DNA from: Prochloraceae cyanobacterium | GTDB lineage: Bacteria; Cyanobacteriota; Cyanobacteriia; PCC-6307; Cyanobiaceae | Length of the DNA stretch: 64,000 bases | Reading direction: 5' to 3' | Assembly (NCBI GenBank): GCA_040377855.1 | Contig: JBEINY010000001.1 | Span: forward strand, 6,814 to 70,813 | Part shown: piece after piece, positions 1-9,805 of the stretch | How positions within the stretch are numbered: position 1 is the stretch's first letter | How the letters are laid out: every line of letters starts with the position of its first letter | Program-made: the position numbers and the translations under genes | Notes under the pieces: generated by a model | What the model saw: the letters and a program-made list of their open reading frames with translations, nothing else | Databases searched by the model: none | Told to the model about the DNA's origin: nothing

Positions 1-577
1 GCCCATACAGAACAATGATGTCGCAGAACTCACATTGAAACGGGCAGCCCCTCGAGAACTGAACCGACATTGAATCGTAGGCATCGAGCTGGAGCAGATC
101 GAACCGCGGCACCGGGGTGGAGGTGACATCAGGTTTTTCACCGTTGGCGCTGAAACGCCCGCCTGATTCCCCGCGCTCAATCGCTTCGATGAACATCGGA
201 AGGGTGATTTCACCCTCATCGAGAATCTTGAAATCAGCCAGATTGAGTTCTGGCGCGTCCGGGGTTGAGCTGGCGAACGGACCACCCACGGCCACGGGCA
301 ACCCCCGGGCCTTGGCGGCGGCGATCTGGACGGCCATGTCGGCGCGCTGGACAATCATCCCCGAGATGACCACAAGCTCGGCCCACTCCCATTCAGCGGC
401 TGTGACCTCGCGCACATTGCGATCCACGAGCTTCATCTCCCAGTGCTGGGGCAGAAGCGCTGCAACCGTGACCATCCCGAGGGGCGGCAGGAGCACCTTG
501 CGGTTCACCAGCTCCAGGATTTTTTCGTAGCTCCAGAAGGTCTTGGGAAACTCGGGATAGAGAAACAGAGTGCGCAT
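1..577 (-). CDS. B12-binding-domain radical SAM protein (N-terminal part; C-terminus lies beyond the window edge)
   Basis: Not in the ORF track because it runs off the edge. My reverse-strand translation from the ATG (CAT at 575-577) reads MRTLFLYPEFPKTFWSYEKILELV...VVISGMIVQ...FSRGCPFQCEFCDIIVLYG. That is a cobalamin-binding-like N-domain followed by the CxxxCxxC radical-SAM cluster motif. Confidence 0.8.
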   Translation of the reverse strand, partial: MRTLFLYPEFPKTFWSYEKILELVNRKVLLPPLGMVTVAALLPQHWEMKLVDRNVREVTAAEWEWAELVVISGMIVQRADMAVQIAAAKARGLPVAVGGPFASSTPDAPELNLADFKILDEGEITLPMFIEAIERGESGGRFSANGEKPDVTSTPVPRFDLLQLDAYDSMSVQFSRGCPFQCEFCDIIVLYG

Positions 578-643
578 GCCTAGGAGATGGAGTGCCGGAG
601 GCGCGCACGCTGCCGGTGGTGTTCATTGGTTACCGACATCACC

Positions 644-1747
644 TTAAGGGCGGTCTTCACCCCCCGGCGCCGCCAGGCGCCAGTTCAGGATCTCCCCGGC
701 ATGGAAGGGCAGCAGCCTCAGGGGGGTCCCACTGCCATCATCCAAATCAAGCTTGGCGGGAATCAGCTGGGGCTCCCGCACCAGGGTGATCGTGCCCTGA
801 TTGAGCGGCAGGCCATAGAAACGGGGGCCATGCTCCGACGCGAAGCCCTCCAGCCGGTGAAGGGCCTGCTCCTCCTCAAACACCTGGGCGTAGCTCTCGA
901 TCGCCCAGGGGGCGTTGAAGATGCCGGCACAGCCACAGGCCGATTCCTTGGCGTGGCGGGGATGGGGAGCCGAATCAGTGCCAAGGAAAAAGCAGGGCCG
1001 ACCGGAGGTGGCCGCCCGTCGCAGCGCCAGCCGGTGCCGTTCCCGCTTCGCCACCGGCAGACAGTAGAAATCGGGCCGCAGACCACCGCTGAAGAGCGCG
1101 TTGCGGTTGATGTGAAGGTGATGGGGGGTGATCGTGGCAGCGACCTGGGCCCCGGCCCCCTCCACGAACGTCACCGCCTCCTCGGTGGTGATGTGCTCGA
1201 GCACCACCTTCAGGCCCGGATGGCGCGCCGTCAGCGGTGCCAGATGCCTTTCGATGAACACGGCCTCGCGATCGAAAATGTCGACCCAGGCCTCGGTGAC
1301 CTCCCCATGCACCAGCAGGGGCATGCCGATTGCCTCCAGGGTGTCGAACACGGCCTCGAGCAGACCAAGGTCACTGATACCGGCGGCGGCATTGGTGGTG
1401 GCATGGGCCGGATAGAGCTTGCAGGCGCTGAACACCCCCGAGCGGAACCCTGCCGCCAGGTCATCGGGATCGGTGCCGTCCGTGAGATAGGCCGTCATCA
1501 AGGGCTGGAAGTCGGTATCCGGCGGCAGGCAGGCCACGATCCGCTCCCGGTAGGCGCTCGCCGCCGCCGCCGTGGTCACCGGTGGCACCAGATTGGGCAT
1601 CACGATCGCCCGGCCAAAACGGCTGGCCGTGGCGGAGGCCACCGCCTGCAGCATGGCTCCATCGCGCAGGTGGACATGCCAGTCATCCGGGCGGCGCAGG
1701 GTCAGGCGCTGGGGGCTGGGCTCGAAATCGAGGGATGACGTCGGCAT
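644..1747 (-). CDS. pyrC: dihydroorotase (homodimeric class II type)
   Basis: 367 aa with an ATG start. The N-terminus RRPDDWHVHLRDG carries the metal-binding HxH motif, and the length and later motifs (VLEHITT, HGEV) are typical of PyrC. Confidence 0.93.
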   Translation of the reverse strand: MPTSSLDFEPSPQRLTLRRPDDWHVHLRDGAMLQAVASATASRFGRAIVMPNLVPPVTTAAAASAYRERIVACLPPDTDFQPLMTAYLTDGTDPDDLAAGFRSGVFSACKLYPAHATTNAAAGISDLGLLEAVFDTLEAIGMPLLVHGEVTEAWVDIFDREAVFIERHLAPLTARHPGLKVVLEHITTEEAVTFVEGAGAQVAATITPHHLHINRNALFSGGLRPDFYCLPVAKRERHRLALRRAATSGRPCFFLGTDSAPHPRHAKESACGCAGIFNAPWAIESYAQVFEEEQALHRLEGFASEHGPRFYGLPLNQGTITLVREPQLIPAKLDLDDGSGTPLRLLPFHAGEILNWRLAAPGGEDRP

Positions 1748-1981
1748 CAGGGGGAAGGGCCCGCCGGGCGGCGATGGCGTTGGTTCCAGTTTGGTCCGCA
1801 GGGCGCTCCGTCCCCTGGCTCAGGCCTACAAAAAAGTGGAGGGCGCAGCCCTCAAGCCAGGCAGGAGACGGGGGGCGACATGATGGCGCTGCAGCCTGAT
1901 TAAGGCCGGGACGCTGCAGCCCACGACCGGCTCTGGAGACAGCACTCCTTAGCGTGATTATGGACTTTCTGGAGTTTTTCC

Positions 1982-2422
1982 ATGGCCATGATCAAGTGGG
2001 AGCCCCTCAGGGACATTGAAGATATCTTTGATCGCTACAGCCGTGCCATGGGCTTCCCGATGGCACGGTCCAGCGATCTGTCGACCAATGGCGAATGGTG
2101 TCCCAGGGTTGACATCAGTGAAAATGATGCGTCTTTCCAGGTGAGAGCAGAAATCCCTGGCGTGAACAAAAAAGATGTCAAAGTCACCCTCGAGAATGGT
2201 GTGCTGACCCTGGAGGGTGAACGCCACCAGGAGAAGGAAGAAAAGGGCCTTCGCTTCCATCGCATGGAACGGTCCTATGGCAACTTCATCCGCAGATTCA
2301 CCCTGCCCTCGGAAGTGGACCAGGAGCACCTCAAGGCCCATTTCCACGATGGTCTGCTGGAGGTGGAGATTCCCAAGACCGGTGAGGCCCGCTCCCGTTG
2401 CATCCAGGTGCCGGTGGAGTGA
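1982..2422 (+). CDS. hspA: small heat-shock protein, Hsp20/alpha-crystallin family
   Basis: 146 aa. Alpha-crystallin domain signatures are present: PRVDISENDASFQVRAEIPGVNKKDVKVTLENGVLTLEGER...FIRRFTLP...GLLEVEIPK. Confidence 0.93.
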   Translation: MAMIKWEPLRDIEDIFDRYSRAMGFPMARSSDLSTNGEWCPRVDISENDASFQVRAEIPGVNKKDVKVTLENGVLTLEGERHQEKEEKGLRFHRMERSYGNFIRRFTLPSEVDQEHLKAHFHDGLLEVEIPKTGEARSRCIQVPVE

Positions 2423-2445
2423 TCCCAGGCCTGGCGGCAAGCCCA

Positions 2446-2463
2446 GGGGGCAGGAGTGCCCCC
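2446..2463. terminator. GC-rich stem-loop between the convergent hsp20 gene and the hypothetical gene
   Basis: gggggca-ggag-tgccccc forms a 7-bp perfect stem with a 4-nt loop, 24 nt after the hsp20 stop. There is no clear U-tract. Confidence 0.4.
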
Positions 2464-2473
2464 TCCCCAGGCA

Positions 2474-3205
2474 TCACGCCCCCTGGACCGGGGGCTGGTG
2501 CCGGCGGGGCAGGTTTCCGAAATGCTCCCGGGCCACCGCCAGCAGTTTTCCATCGCTGAGCTGATCGTCATTGAGGGTGAGCACGCCCTCCACCCGGGAG
2601 AGCAGGGCTGGATGGCGACGCTCCAGGTGATCCAGCAGCAGCTTTCGAAGGTCGCTCTGGCCCGTGCCATGGCCGATCAGCAGCACCCGCTCCGCCTCCG
2701 CGATCAGACCACAGAGTCGCTCGAGCAGGTCGGTGTCGATCGGGGACCTCTGACCAGGCAGATCACGTTCCTTGCGATGGGTGGTGCTCTGGCGGGTCCC
2801 CCAGATGCCGTCACTGCGCAACTGGCTGTGCTCGACGGTGTCGCCCTCGAGTTGATAGGCCTCGCATTGCCGGTGGCTGAGCCTGAGCACGAGCCGACGG
2901 GCCTGATCACCCCGCGGTGTTCCAGGCCCCGGAGCCCCGGGATGCAGGGGATCGACGCCCGCCTCCTGCAGCAGATGCCTCAGGCGCATCACGGCGTCGG
3001 CATCCAGGGTGGCGGCGGGTTGACTGGCCCCGTGCAGCCAGGTGTGGGAGCCATCCTCCAGACGGATCTGGACCCGCCGGTCGGCCAGATGGGTGACGGC
3101 GCCACCGAGGGACTCGATCAACCCCTCCACCTCCCGCATGGTGAGGCCATGGGCAATGGGGTGGGCGAACAGAGCCCGGAGGGTGCGTTCGTGCTGGAGT
3201 GTCAT
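2474..3205 (-). CDS. conserved hypothetical protein (HicA-like N-terminal pattern, eRF1/Dom34-like C-terminal pattern)
   Basis: The track ORF 2474..3397 was trimmed to the ATG at 3203-3205 (MTLQHERTLRALF...), because the upstream 64 aa are Gly/Arg/Ser junk. The composition is good for coding. See the finding for this ORF. Confidence 0.6.
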   Translation of the reverse strand: MTLQHERTLRALFAHPIAHGLTMREVEGLIESLGGAVTHLADRRVQIRLEDGSHTWLHGASQPAATLDADAVMRLRHLLQEAGVDPLHPGAPGPGTPRGDQARRLVLRLSHRQCEAYQLEGDTVEHSQLRSDGIWGTRQSTTHRKERDLPGQRSPIDTDLLERLCGLIAEAERVLLIGHGTGQSDLRKLLLDHLERRHPALLSRVEGVLTLNDDQLSDGKLLAVAREHFGNLPRRHQPPVQGA

Positions 3206-3453
3206 CCGACTCTGGCGTGTGCCTGGAGGGTATGGATCGCAGCCGCAGACAACGGAGTGCGCTGCAGATCGACCCGCCAACAGCGGCAACGGGAGCGTTC
3301 CAGTCGTCGATCGAGACGAAAACCCCAGACCAAACCCCAGGCCCCCCCAACCCCTGCATCTGCTCAAAGCCGGTCCGCGATGCTCCCCTGTCCGCAATGG
3401 GACTGATCAGGGGGGCGAACTGCTGGCAAACTGCCGCCAACGCACTCCCATCC

Positions 3454-4515
3454 ATGGTTCGTCCCCGACAGTTGCTAGCCCTCGCCTCCCTGGGCGCGGT
3501 GCTGCTGGTATCCGGTTGCGCCTCGGAGGAGGGCGGCGTCGAGAGTCAGAAGATGGCCACGATCAAGGGCCGCGGCAGCCTGGTCTGCGGCGTGGATGGA
3601 AAACTTCCCGGTTTCAGTTTCGTCGGCAGCGACGGCAAGTATTCAGGCCTGGATGTGGATGTGTGCCAGGCGGTGGCTGCTGCCCTGCTCAGTGATCCCA
3701 CCAAGGTGGAATACCGCGACCTCAATTCCAGTGAGCGCTTTGCAGCCCTCGCCAGCGGCGAGGTGGACCTGCTGTCCCGCAACACCACTTACACCCTCAG
3801 CCGGGATGCCGCCGGCGGCAACAGCCTCAGCTTTGGACCCACCACCTTTTACGACGGTCAGGGGGTGATGACCCTCAAATCAAGCGGTATCCGCAGCCTC
3901 AAGGATCTGGCCGGCAAGCCGATCTGCGTCGAGAGCGGCACCACCACGGAGCTCAACCTGGCGGACCGCATGCGGCAGATCAATGCCACTTACACCCCCC
4001 TCAAGTTCCAGACCGGCGACCAGACCTACGCGGCCTACCTGGGTGGCCGCTGCGTCGCCGTCACCAGCGACCGCTCCCAGCTGGCCGCCAAGCGCACCAG
4101 CTTCCCCAGGCCGGACGACCACATCCTGCTCCCCGATGTCCTGAGCAAGGAGCCCCTCACCCCTGCCAGCGTCAACGCCGATCCGGCCTGGGCCGATGTG
4201 ATCCGGTGGACCGTCTATGCCCTGATGCAGGCGGAAGAATTCGGCATCACCAAGGCCAACATCGACAGCAAGCTCAGTGAAGCCAAAGCCAATTCAAACC
4301 TGGCCGAACTGCGCCGCTTCCTCGGGGTCGAGGGGGACTTCGGCAAGCAACTGGGCCTTCCCGCCGACTTCGTGGTGAGCGTGATCCGGGCCGTGGGCAA
4401 TTACGGCGAGATCTTTGATCGCAATGTCGGCCCCGCCTCAGCCCTGAAGCTCGACCGAGGACTCAACCGCCAGTGGAGCAATGGCGGCCTGATCTATTCG
4501 CCGCCCTTCCGCTGA
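3454..4515 (+). CDS. aapJ: general L-amino-acid ABC transporter, periplasmic substrate-binding lipoprotein (AapJ/BztA/NatF-like)
   Basis: Trimmed to ATG 3454 (MVRPRQLLALASLGAVLLVSGCAS), which gives a signal peptide and lipobox. The family-3 solute-binding fold runs through to the C-terminal WSNGGLIYSPPFR, typical of AapJ-type proteins. Confidence 0.88.
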   Translation: MVRPRQLLALASLGAVLLVSGCASEEGGVESQKMATIKGRGSLVCGVDGKLPGFSFVGSDGKYSGLDVDVCQAVAAALLSDPTKVEYRDLNSSERFAALASGEVDLLSRNTTYTLSRDAAGGNSLSFGPTTFYDGQGVMTLKSSGIRSLKDLAGKPICVESGTTTELNLADRMRQINATYTPLKFQTGDQTYAAYLGGRCVAVTSDRSQLAAKRTSFPRPDDHILLPDVLSKEPLTPASVNADPAWADVIRWTVYALMQAEEFGITKANIDSKLSEAKANSNLAELRRFLGVEGDFGKQLGLPADFVVSVIRAVGNYGEIFDRNVGPASALKLDRGLNRQWSNGGLIYSPPFR

Positions 4516-5501
4516 TGGCGTTCAGCAGCTCCCCGATCCCCCCAGGACCCGCCACTCCGATTCCCTGGTGGCGCAACCGACGGCTGCTGCCCTGGTTCGT
4601 CCAGGCCGCCGTAGGCCTGGTGCTGCTGGTGCTGGTGGCGTTCCTGATGTCCAATCTCGTCCGGAACCTGACGGCCAAAGGGCTGCTGCTCAGCTTCGGC
4701 TGGCTCGACAATCCAGCGGGCTTCCCGATCGCCGAGACCGTCCTCCCCTACGACCCCGGCATGCCCTACTGGCGTGGCCTGGCAGCGGGCTTGGTCAACA
4801 CCCTGCGGGTGGTGCTCGTGGGTCTTGTGCTCTCCAGCCTGCTCGGATCCGTGGCGGGGGCGGCCTCCTTCAGCAGCAACGGCCTGCTGCGCCGCCTGGC
4901 CCGCGTCTACGTCGAGGTCATCCGCAACATCCCGCTGCTCCTGCAGCTGGTGTTCTGGTACTTCGTGGTCTTCCTGGCCCTGCCCAATGGCCAGGGAGCG
5001 ATCCAGCTGCCGGGGATCGTGCTCGCCAAATCAGGGCTTTATCTCGGCGCGGCCCAGCTGGTGAATGGGGTCTGGCAGGCGCCGCTGAGCCTGTCCCTGG
5101 AGTTCGGAGCCCTGCTGACGGGGCTCGTCGTTTACACGGGTGCCTTCATTGCCGAGGTGGTCCGGGGCGGCATCGCCTCCGTCCCCCGGGGTCAGTGGGA
5201 AGCAGCCCGCTCCCTTGGCATCAGCCAGAGCCAAACCCTGGGTCGGATTGTGCTGCCCCAGGCCCTGCGGGTGATCGTGCCCGGCCTCAACAGCCAGTAC
5301 ATCTCCCTGGCCAAGAACTCGTCGCTGGCAGTGGCCTGCGGCTACCCCGATTTCTATTCCGTGGCCAGCACCACCGGCAACCAGACAGGCCGGGATGTGG
5401 AGGTGGTGTTGGTCCTGCTCGGCTCCTACCTCGTGATTGATCTGCTGATCTCCGCCGTGATGAACGGGGTGAACCGGCTCGTGCAACTGAGGGAGCGCTG
5501 A
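4515..5501 (+). CDS. aapQ: amino-acid ABC transporter permease (AapQ/BztB/NatG-like)
   Basis: Its ATG overlaps the aapJ stop (TGATG at 4513-4517). The protein is multi-TM and carries the permease EAA-type loop (FIAEVVRGGIASVPRGQWEAARSLG). Confidence 0.88.
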   Translation: MAFSSSPIPPGPATPIPWWRNRRLLPWFVQAAVGLVLLVLVAFLMSNLVRNLTAKGLLLSFGWLDNPAGFPIAETVLPYDPGMPYWRGLAAGLVNTLRVVLVGLVLSSLLGSVAGAASFSSNGLLRRLARVYVEVIRNIPLLLQLVFWYFVVFLALPNGQGAIQLPGIVLAKSGLYLGAAQLVNGVWQAPLSLSLEFGALLTGLVVYTGAFIAEVVRGGIASVPRGQWEAARSLGISQSQTLGRIVLPQALRVIVPGLNSQYISLAKNSSLAVACGYPDFYSVASTTGNQTGRDVEVVLVLLGSYLVIDLLISAVMNGVNRLVQLRER

Positions 5502-5506
5502 TCACC

Positions 5507-6733
5507 ATGGCTTCTCTTCCCTCAGCACAATCCCTGGGCCGGCGCCTGAAACGTGAACTGTTCGCCAGCCCGCTCGATGGCCTGATTTCGATCGGACTGA
5601 TCGGCTTCCTCCTGGCCGTGGCCACCAGCTTTGGCCACTGGGCCCTGGTGCAGGCCCGCTGGGAGGTGATCCATGCCAACAGCATCCTGTTGGCGATCGG
5701 GCGTTACCCGGTGTCCCAGCAATGGCGGCTCTGGCTGCTCACCAGCCTGCTGGCGGCGGCCACCGGCATCAGCTGGGGACTGCTGCGGGGCTTGCCAAGG
5801 CCCGATCGACCGGCCCGGCTCTGGCCCCGCAACGATCGCCTGGCCATCGGGCTGCTGGCAGGCCTGGCCCTGCTCAGCCCCCTGGCCCTGAAGCTCCCCC
5901 TGCTGATCCAGCTGCGCTGGTGGTTGATCGCCGGGCTGTTGGTGGGCCTGCGCTGGGTCTGCGGCCGCTGGGCCCGGATCCTGCCGGCAGGCTGGCGGCC
6001 CTGGATCGGCCTGGCCTGGCCCCTGATCTACCTGCTGGGGATGGTGCTGATCAGCGGTGGTTTCGGCCTGATCCAGGTGACCCCCTCCCAGTGGGGTGGC
6101 CTGCTGCTCACCCTGCTGGAGGCGAGTTTCGCGATTCTGCTCTGCTTCCCCCTGGGCATCCTGCTCGCCCTTGGACGCCGCAGTGAACTGCCGCTGCTGC
6201 GTTGGGGATCGGTGGTCTACATCGAGTTCATCCGCGGAGCGCCGCTGATCACCCTGCTCTTCCTCGGTCAGAACATTCTGGGTTTCATGCTGCCGGGTGG
6301 CCTGGCGCCGGAGCGGGTCTGGAGGGCCGCCTGGGTGCTCACCTTCTTCGCCGCGGCCTACGTGGCCGAAGCGGTGCGCTCGGGCCTGGCCGCCATGCCC
6401 CGCGGCCAGATGGAGGCGGCCCGTTCCCTCGGACTGCCGGTGCACCTGGCCCTGATCCATGTGGTGCTGCCCCAGGCGATGCGGGTGGCCCTGCCCGCCA
6501 CGGTGGGGCAATTCATCACCTTGCTCCAGGACACCACCCTGCTGTCGCTGATCGGCCTGATGGACCTGCTGCACATCGCCGGCACGGTGATGGCCAACCC
6601 GGACTATCTGGGCCGCAACGCCGAGGTCTATCTCACCCTGGCTGTGCTGTTCTGGTGCTGCTGCGCAGCCCTCGGGCTGGGCAGCCGGGCCCTCGAGCGT
6701 CGCCTTGATCCCAACCCCATTCCCAGCTCCTGA
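5507..6733 (+). CDS. aapM: amino-acid ABC transporter permease (AapM/BztC/NatH-like)
   Basis: 408 aa and multi-TM, with the loop [25 protein letters not shown]. It lies 5 nt after aapQ. Confidence 0.88.
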   Translation: MASLPSAQSLGRRLKRELFASPLDGLISIGLIGFLLAVATSFGHWALVQARWEVIHANSILLAIGRYPVSQQWRLWLLTSLLAAATGISWGLLRGLPRPDRPARLWPRNDRLAIGLLAGLALLSPLALKLPLLIQLRWWLIAGLLVGLRWVCGRWARILPAGWRPWIGLAWPLIYLLGMVLISGGFGLIQVTPSQWGGLLLTLLEASFAILLCFPLGILLALGRRSELPLLRWGSVVYIEFIRGAPLITLLFLGQNILGFMLPGGLAPERVWRAAWVLTFFAAAYVAEAVRSGLAAMPRGQMEAARSLGLPVHLALIHVVLPQAMRVALPATVGQFITLLQDTTLLSLIGLMDLLHIAGTVMANPDYLGRNAEVYLTLAVLFWCCCAALGLGSRALERRLDPNPIPSS

Positions 6734-7521
6734 TGTCCTCCTCCCCGTCCTCCGCCGACTCGGTGCCTGCCGTGCCGGTCGATGAGCGCACCGTGATGAT
6801 CGAGGCCCGCGGGGTGCAGAAGTGGTACCCGAACGGGTTCCATGCCCTCCGCGGCGCCGATCTCACCGTTCGGCGCGGTGAGGTGGTGGTGATCATGGGC
6901 CCATCGGGTTCGGGCAAGAGCACCTTCATCCGCACCTTCAATGCCCTCGAGGACTTCCAGGAGGGCACCATCCAGGTGGGCGGCATCCCCCTCACCAACG
7001 ACCTCCGGCAGATTGATGCCATCCGCCGGGAGGTGGGCATGGTGTTCCAACAGTTCAACCTCTTCCCACACCTCTCGGTGCTGGCCAACCTCACCCTCGC
7101 CCCGGTGCTGGTGCGCGGTCGCCGTCGCCAGGAGGTGGAACACCAGGCCCGGCAGCTGCTGGAGCGGGTCGGCATCGCCGAGCAGGCCGACAAGTTTCCC
7201 GGCCAGCTGTCAGGGGGGCAGCAGCAGCGGGTGGCGATCGCCCGCTCCCTCTGCATGGAGCCGGAGATCCTGCTGTTCGATGAACCGACCAGCGCCCTGG
7301 ATCCGGAAATGGTGCGGGAGGTGCTGGAGGTGATGCAGACGCTGGCGGAAGGCGGCATGACCATGGTGGTCGTCACCCACGAGGTGCGCTTTGCCCAGCA
7401 GGTGGCCGACCGGGTGGTGTTGATGGCTGATGGCCATGTGGTGGAGGAGGCTCCACCGGAGACGTTCTTCAACCGGCCCTCCCATCCCCGCACCCGGCAA
7501 TTTCTCGATCAGATCCTCTGA
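6733..7521 (+). CDS. aapP: amino-acid ABC transporter ATP-binding protein
   Basis: Walker [10 protein letters not shown], signature [15 protein letters not shown], Walker [13 protein letters not shown]. Its ATG overlaps the aapM stop (6731-6735). Confidence 0.92.
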   Translation: MSSSPSSADSVPAVPVDERTVMIEARGVQKWYPNGFHALRGADLTVRRGEVVVIMGPSGSGKSTFIRTFNALEDFQEGTIQVGGIPLTNDLRQIDAIRREVGMVFQQFNLFPHLSVLANLTLAPVLVRGRRRQEVEHQARQLLERVGIAEQADKFPGQLSGGQQQRVAIARSLCMEPEILLFDEPTSALDPEMVREVLEVMQTLAEGGMTMVVVTHEVRFAQQVADRVVLMADGHVVEEAPPETFFNRPSHPRTRQFLDQIL

Positions 7522-7593
7522 CAGCATCCCCGTCTCCCCACCGGTTGCACCTGTTCGAACCTTCCCCATGTAGGCCGATCAGCGATCCAAGGC

Positions 7594-8505
7594 TCAGGAG
7601 CCGGCGTGGTAACTGCTGCGGACGAGGGGACCACTGCGCACCTGCTCGAAGCCCAGCTCCCGGGCCCGGTCGGCCAGTTCGTCAAACTCCTCGGGCCGCC
7701 AGTAACGGGCCACGGGGATGTGGGCCAGGGAGGGCCGCAGATATTGGCCGAGGGTGATCCGGCGACAACCAACGGCCCGCAGATCTGAAAGGGCTGCCAG
7801 CACCTCGTCGCGGCTTTCGCCAAGCCCCAGCATCAGCCCCGATTTGGTGGGGATCGCGGGTGCCAGCGCCGCCGCCGCCGCCAGCAGGTCGAGGGAACGG
7901 CCGTAGGTGGCCCCGCGGCGCACCTCCCCCTGCAGGCGCTCCACCGTCTCCAGATTGTGGTTGAAGCAGACCGGATCAGCGGCCAGCACGGCCGCCAGCC
8001 GTTGCCGTTGCTGGGTACGGCCCACGAGGGGGTCCCGGCTCCCCCCCCAGAAATCGGGGGTGAGCACCTCGATGGCCACCGTGGGGGTGTGCCGCCGGAT
8101 CGCCGCCATGGTGGTGGTGAACAGGCTGGCGCCGTGGTCGGGCAGGTCATCGCGGGCGACCGCGGTGAGCACCACGTAGCGCAGGCCCAGGGTGGCCACC
8201 GCCAGGGCCACCCGCTCCGGCTCATCCGCATCCAACGCGGCCGGGGCCTGGCCCTTGTCCACCTGGCAGAAGGCGCAGCTGCGGGTGCAGATGGGGCCGC
8301 CCAACAGGAAGGTTGCGGTGCCGGCGGCGTAGCACTCGCCGCGGTTGGGGCAGCGGCCCTCCTCGCAGATGGTGTGCAGTCGCTGCTGCTTCACCAGGCT
8401 TTGAACCCGTTCGAGATCGGATGCCGTGCCGATCGAACGGCGCAACCAGGGGGGAAGGCGCTCCGCCGGGGGAATGGCGCTGTATCGGCTCTTCGTTGAG
8501 GACAT
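7594..8505 (-). CDS. lipA: lipoyl synthase
   Basis: Both cluster motifs are present: [12 protein letters not shown] and the radical-SAM CTRSCAFC. Length is 303 aa. Confidence 0.95.
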   Translation of the reverse strand: MSSTKSRYSAIPPAERLPPWLRRSIGTASDLERVQSLVKQQRLHTICEEGRCPNRGECYAAGTATFLLGGPICTRSCAFCQVDKGQAPAALDADEPERVALAVATLGLRYVVLTAVARDDLPDHGASLFTTTMAAIRRHTPTVAIEVLTPDFWGGSRDPLVGRTQQRQRLAAVLAADPVCFNHNLETVERLQGEVRRGATYGRSLDLLAAAAALAPAIPTKSGLMLGLGESRDEVLAALSDLRAVGCRRITLGQYLRPSLAHIPVARYWRPEEFDELADRARELGFEQVRSGPLVRSSYHAGS

Positions 8506-8526
8506 CCTGGAAACCTGACTGGCCCG

Positions 8527-9135
8527 CTAGGGATCGACCCGGCGGCGGCCCTCCAGGGCCCGGGCCAGGGTGACCTCATCGGCGTATTCCAGTTCACTGC
8601 CCACCGGGAGGCCATAGGCAATCCGGCTCACCTGGGTGAACGGGCGCAGCAACCGAGCGAGATAGAGGCTTGTGGTGTCTCCTTCGACACTAGGAGTGAG
8701 GGCCAGGATCACCTCGGTGATCGCCTCCCGGTCGACCCGGGCCACGAGGGGTTGGATCTGCAGCAGGTCGGGGCCAACCCCATCCATGGGCGAGATCAGG
8801 CCGCAGAGCACGTGATACGTGCCCTTGAACTCCCTGGTGCGCTCCATGGCCAGCAGATCGCGGGAATCAGCCACCACGCAGATCTCGCCGTTGTGGCGAT
8901 CGGGGTTGGCGCAGATCTCACAGATCGGCTCCGCCGAGAGGTGGAAGCATTCGCGGCATTGCCCCACCTGGCTGCGGGCGTTGAGCAGGGCATCGGCGAA
9001 GGCCTGGATCTGCTCGGGCGGCTGGCGCAGGAGATGCAGGGCCAGGCGCTGGGCCGTGCGGGGACCGATGCCTGGAAGACGCTCGAACTGGTCGATCAAC
9101 CGGGCCAGAGGTCGGGTGAAGCCGCTCAGGACCAT
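8527..9135 (-). CDS. recR: recombination protein RecR
   Basis: N-terminal HhH ([20 protein letters not shown]), C4 zinc finger ([16 protein letters not shown]) and Toprim region (ICVVADSRD). Confidence 0.95.
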   Translation of the reverse strand: MVLSGFTRPLARLIDQFERLPGIGPRTAQRLALHLLRQPPEQIQAFADALLNARSQVGQCRECFHLSAEPICEICANPDRHNGEICVVADSRDLLAMERTREFKGTYHVLCGLISPMDGVGPDLLQIQPLVARVDREAITEVILALTPSVEGDTTSLYLARLLRPFTQVSRIAYGLPVGSELEYADEVTLARALEGRRRVDP

Positions 9136-9220
9136 GGGGCAAGTGAACGGAATCTAGGGGGGCTCCCGCCGGGAGGCGTCGGCCAGGGACAATGCGTTCA
9201 TCCGAGTGGCCGCCAGCCCC

Positions 9221-9802
9221 ATGCCTTTCCCCTCCCTCCGCGCCTGCGGCCAGCGTCTGCGCCAGGGCGGCCTCGGAGCCCTGCTCGTCCTGGTGCTGGC
9301 GATCACCCTGGCGGGCTGCAGTGCCGCCGCCGCCGGCCTCAACTCCTATGTCAGTCCGGATGGCCGCTACGTCTTTCTGTATCCCACCGGCTGGGTGCGG
9401 GCGGCGGTGAGTGGCGGACCGGAGTTGGTCTTCCACGACCTGATCAACAGCGACGAGACCCTGAGCCTGGTGATCACCGATGTGAACCCCGACCGGGATC
9501 TCTCGAGCCTGGGCAGCGCCGTGGCCGTGGGCGAAACCCTGCGCCGCACCGCCATCGCGCCTGAGGGCAGCGGCCGGGTGGCGGAGCTGATCGAAGCCCG
9601 GGAGCGCCAGGCTGGCAACCGCACCTTCTACGACCTGGAATACAGCGTCCACCTGGCCGACCGCGATCGCCATGAACTGGCCACGGTGGTGGTGGACCGG
9701 GGACGCCTCTACACCCTGGCCGCCAGCACGAACGAGGTGCGCTGGTCCCGGGTCAAGGATCTGTTCGGACGGGTGGTGACCTCGTTCACCTTCCAGATCT
9801 GA
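9221..9802 (+). CDS. psbP: PsbP-like protein (CyanoP), lipoprotein
   Basis: The track start 9206 is GTG, and I prefer ATG 9221. A lipobox (LAGCS) is followed by the PsbP-domain pattern YVSPDGRYVFLYPTGW...FHDL...LSLVITDV...YDLEY...LYTLAAS. Confidence 0.85.
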   Translation: MPFPSLRACGQRLRQGGLGALLVLVLAITLAGCSAAAAGLNSYVSPDGRYVFLYPTGWVRAAVSGGPELVFHDLINSDETLSLVITDVNPDRDLSSLGSAVAVGETLRRTAIAPEGSGRVAELIEARERQAGNRTFYDLEYSVHLADRDRHELATVVVDRGRLYTLAASTNEVRWSRVKDLFGRVVTSFTFQI

Positions 9803-9805
9803 TCG

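Noticed and set aside
117-626. Track ORFs 117..530 (+) and 393..626 (-) at the window start.
   Set aside because: Both lie over the radical SAM gene, which I translated by hand on the minus strand in another frame (1..577). Their sequences are Ser/Arg/Pro-rich and lack motifs.
1930-1981. An RNA-thermometer-type hairpin masking the hsp20 ribosome-binding region.
   Set aside because: I found only a 4-bp tgga/tcca pairing around ctggagtttttccATG. That is too weak to claim without folding software or comparative data.
3206-3453. An NtcA-type site (GTA-N8-TAC) upstream of the amino-acid ABC operon.
   Set aside because: There is a GTA at ggagggtatggatcgc, but no TAC at the required spacing. No convincing site was seen by eye.
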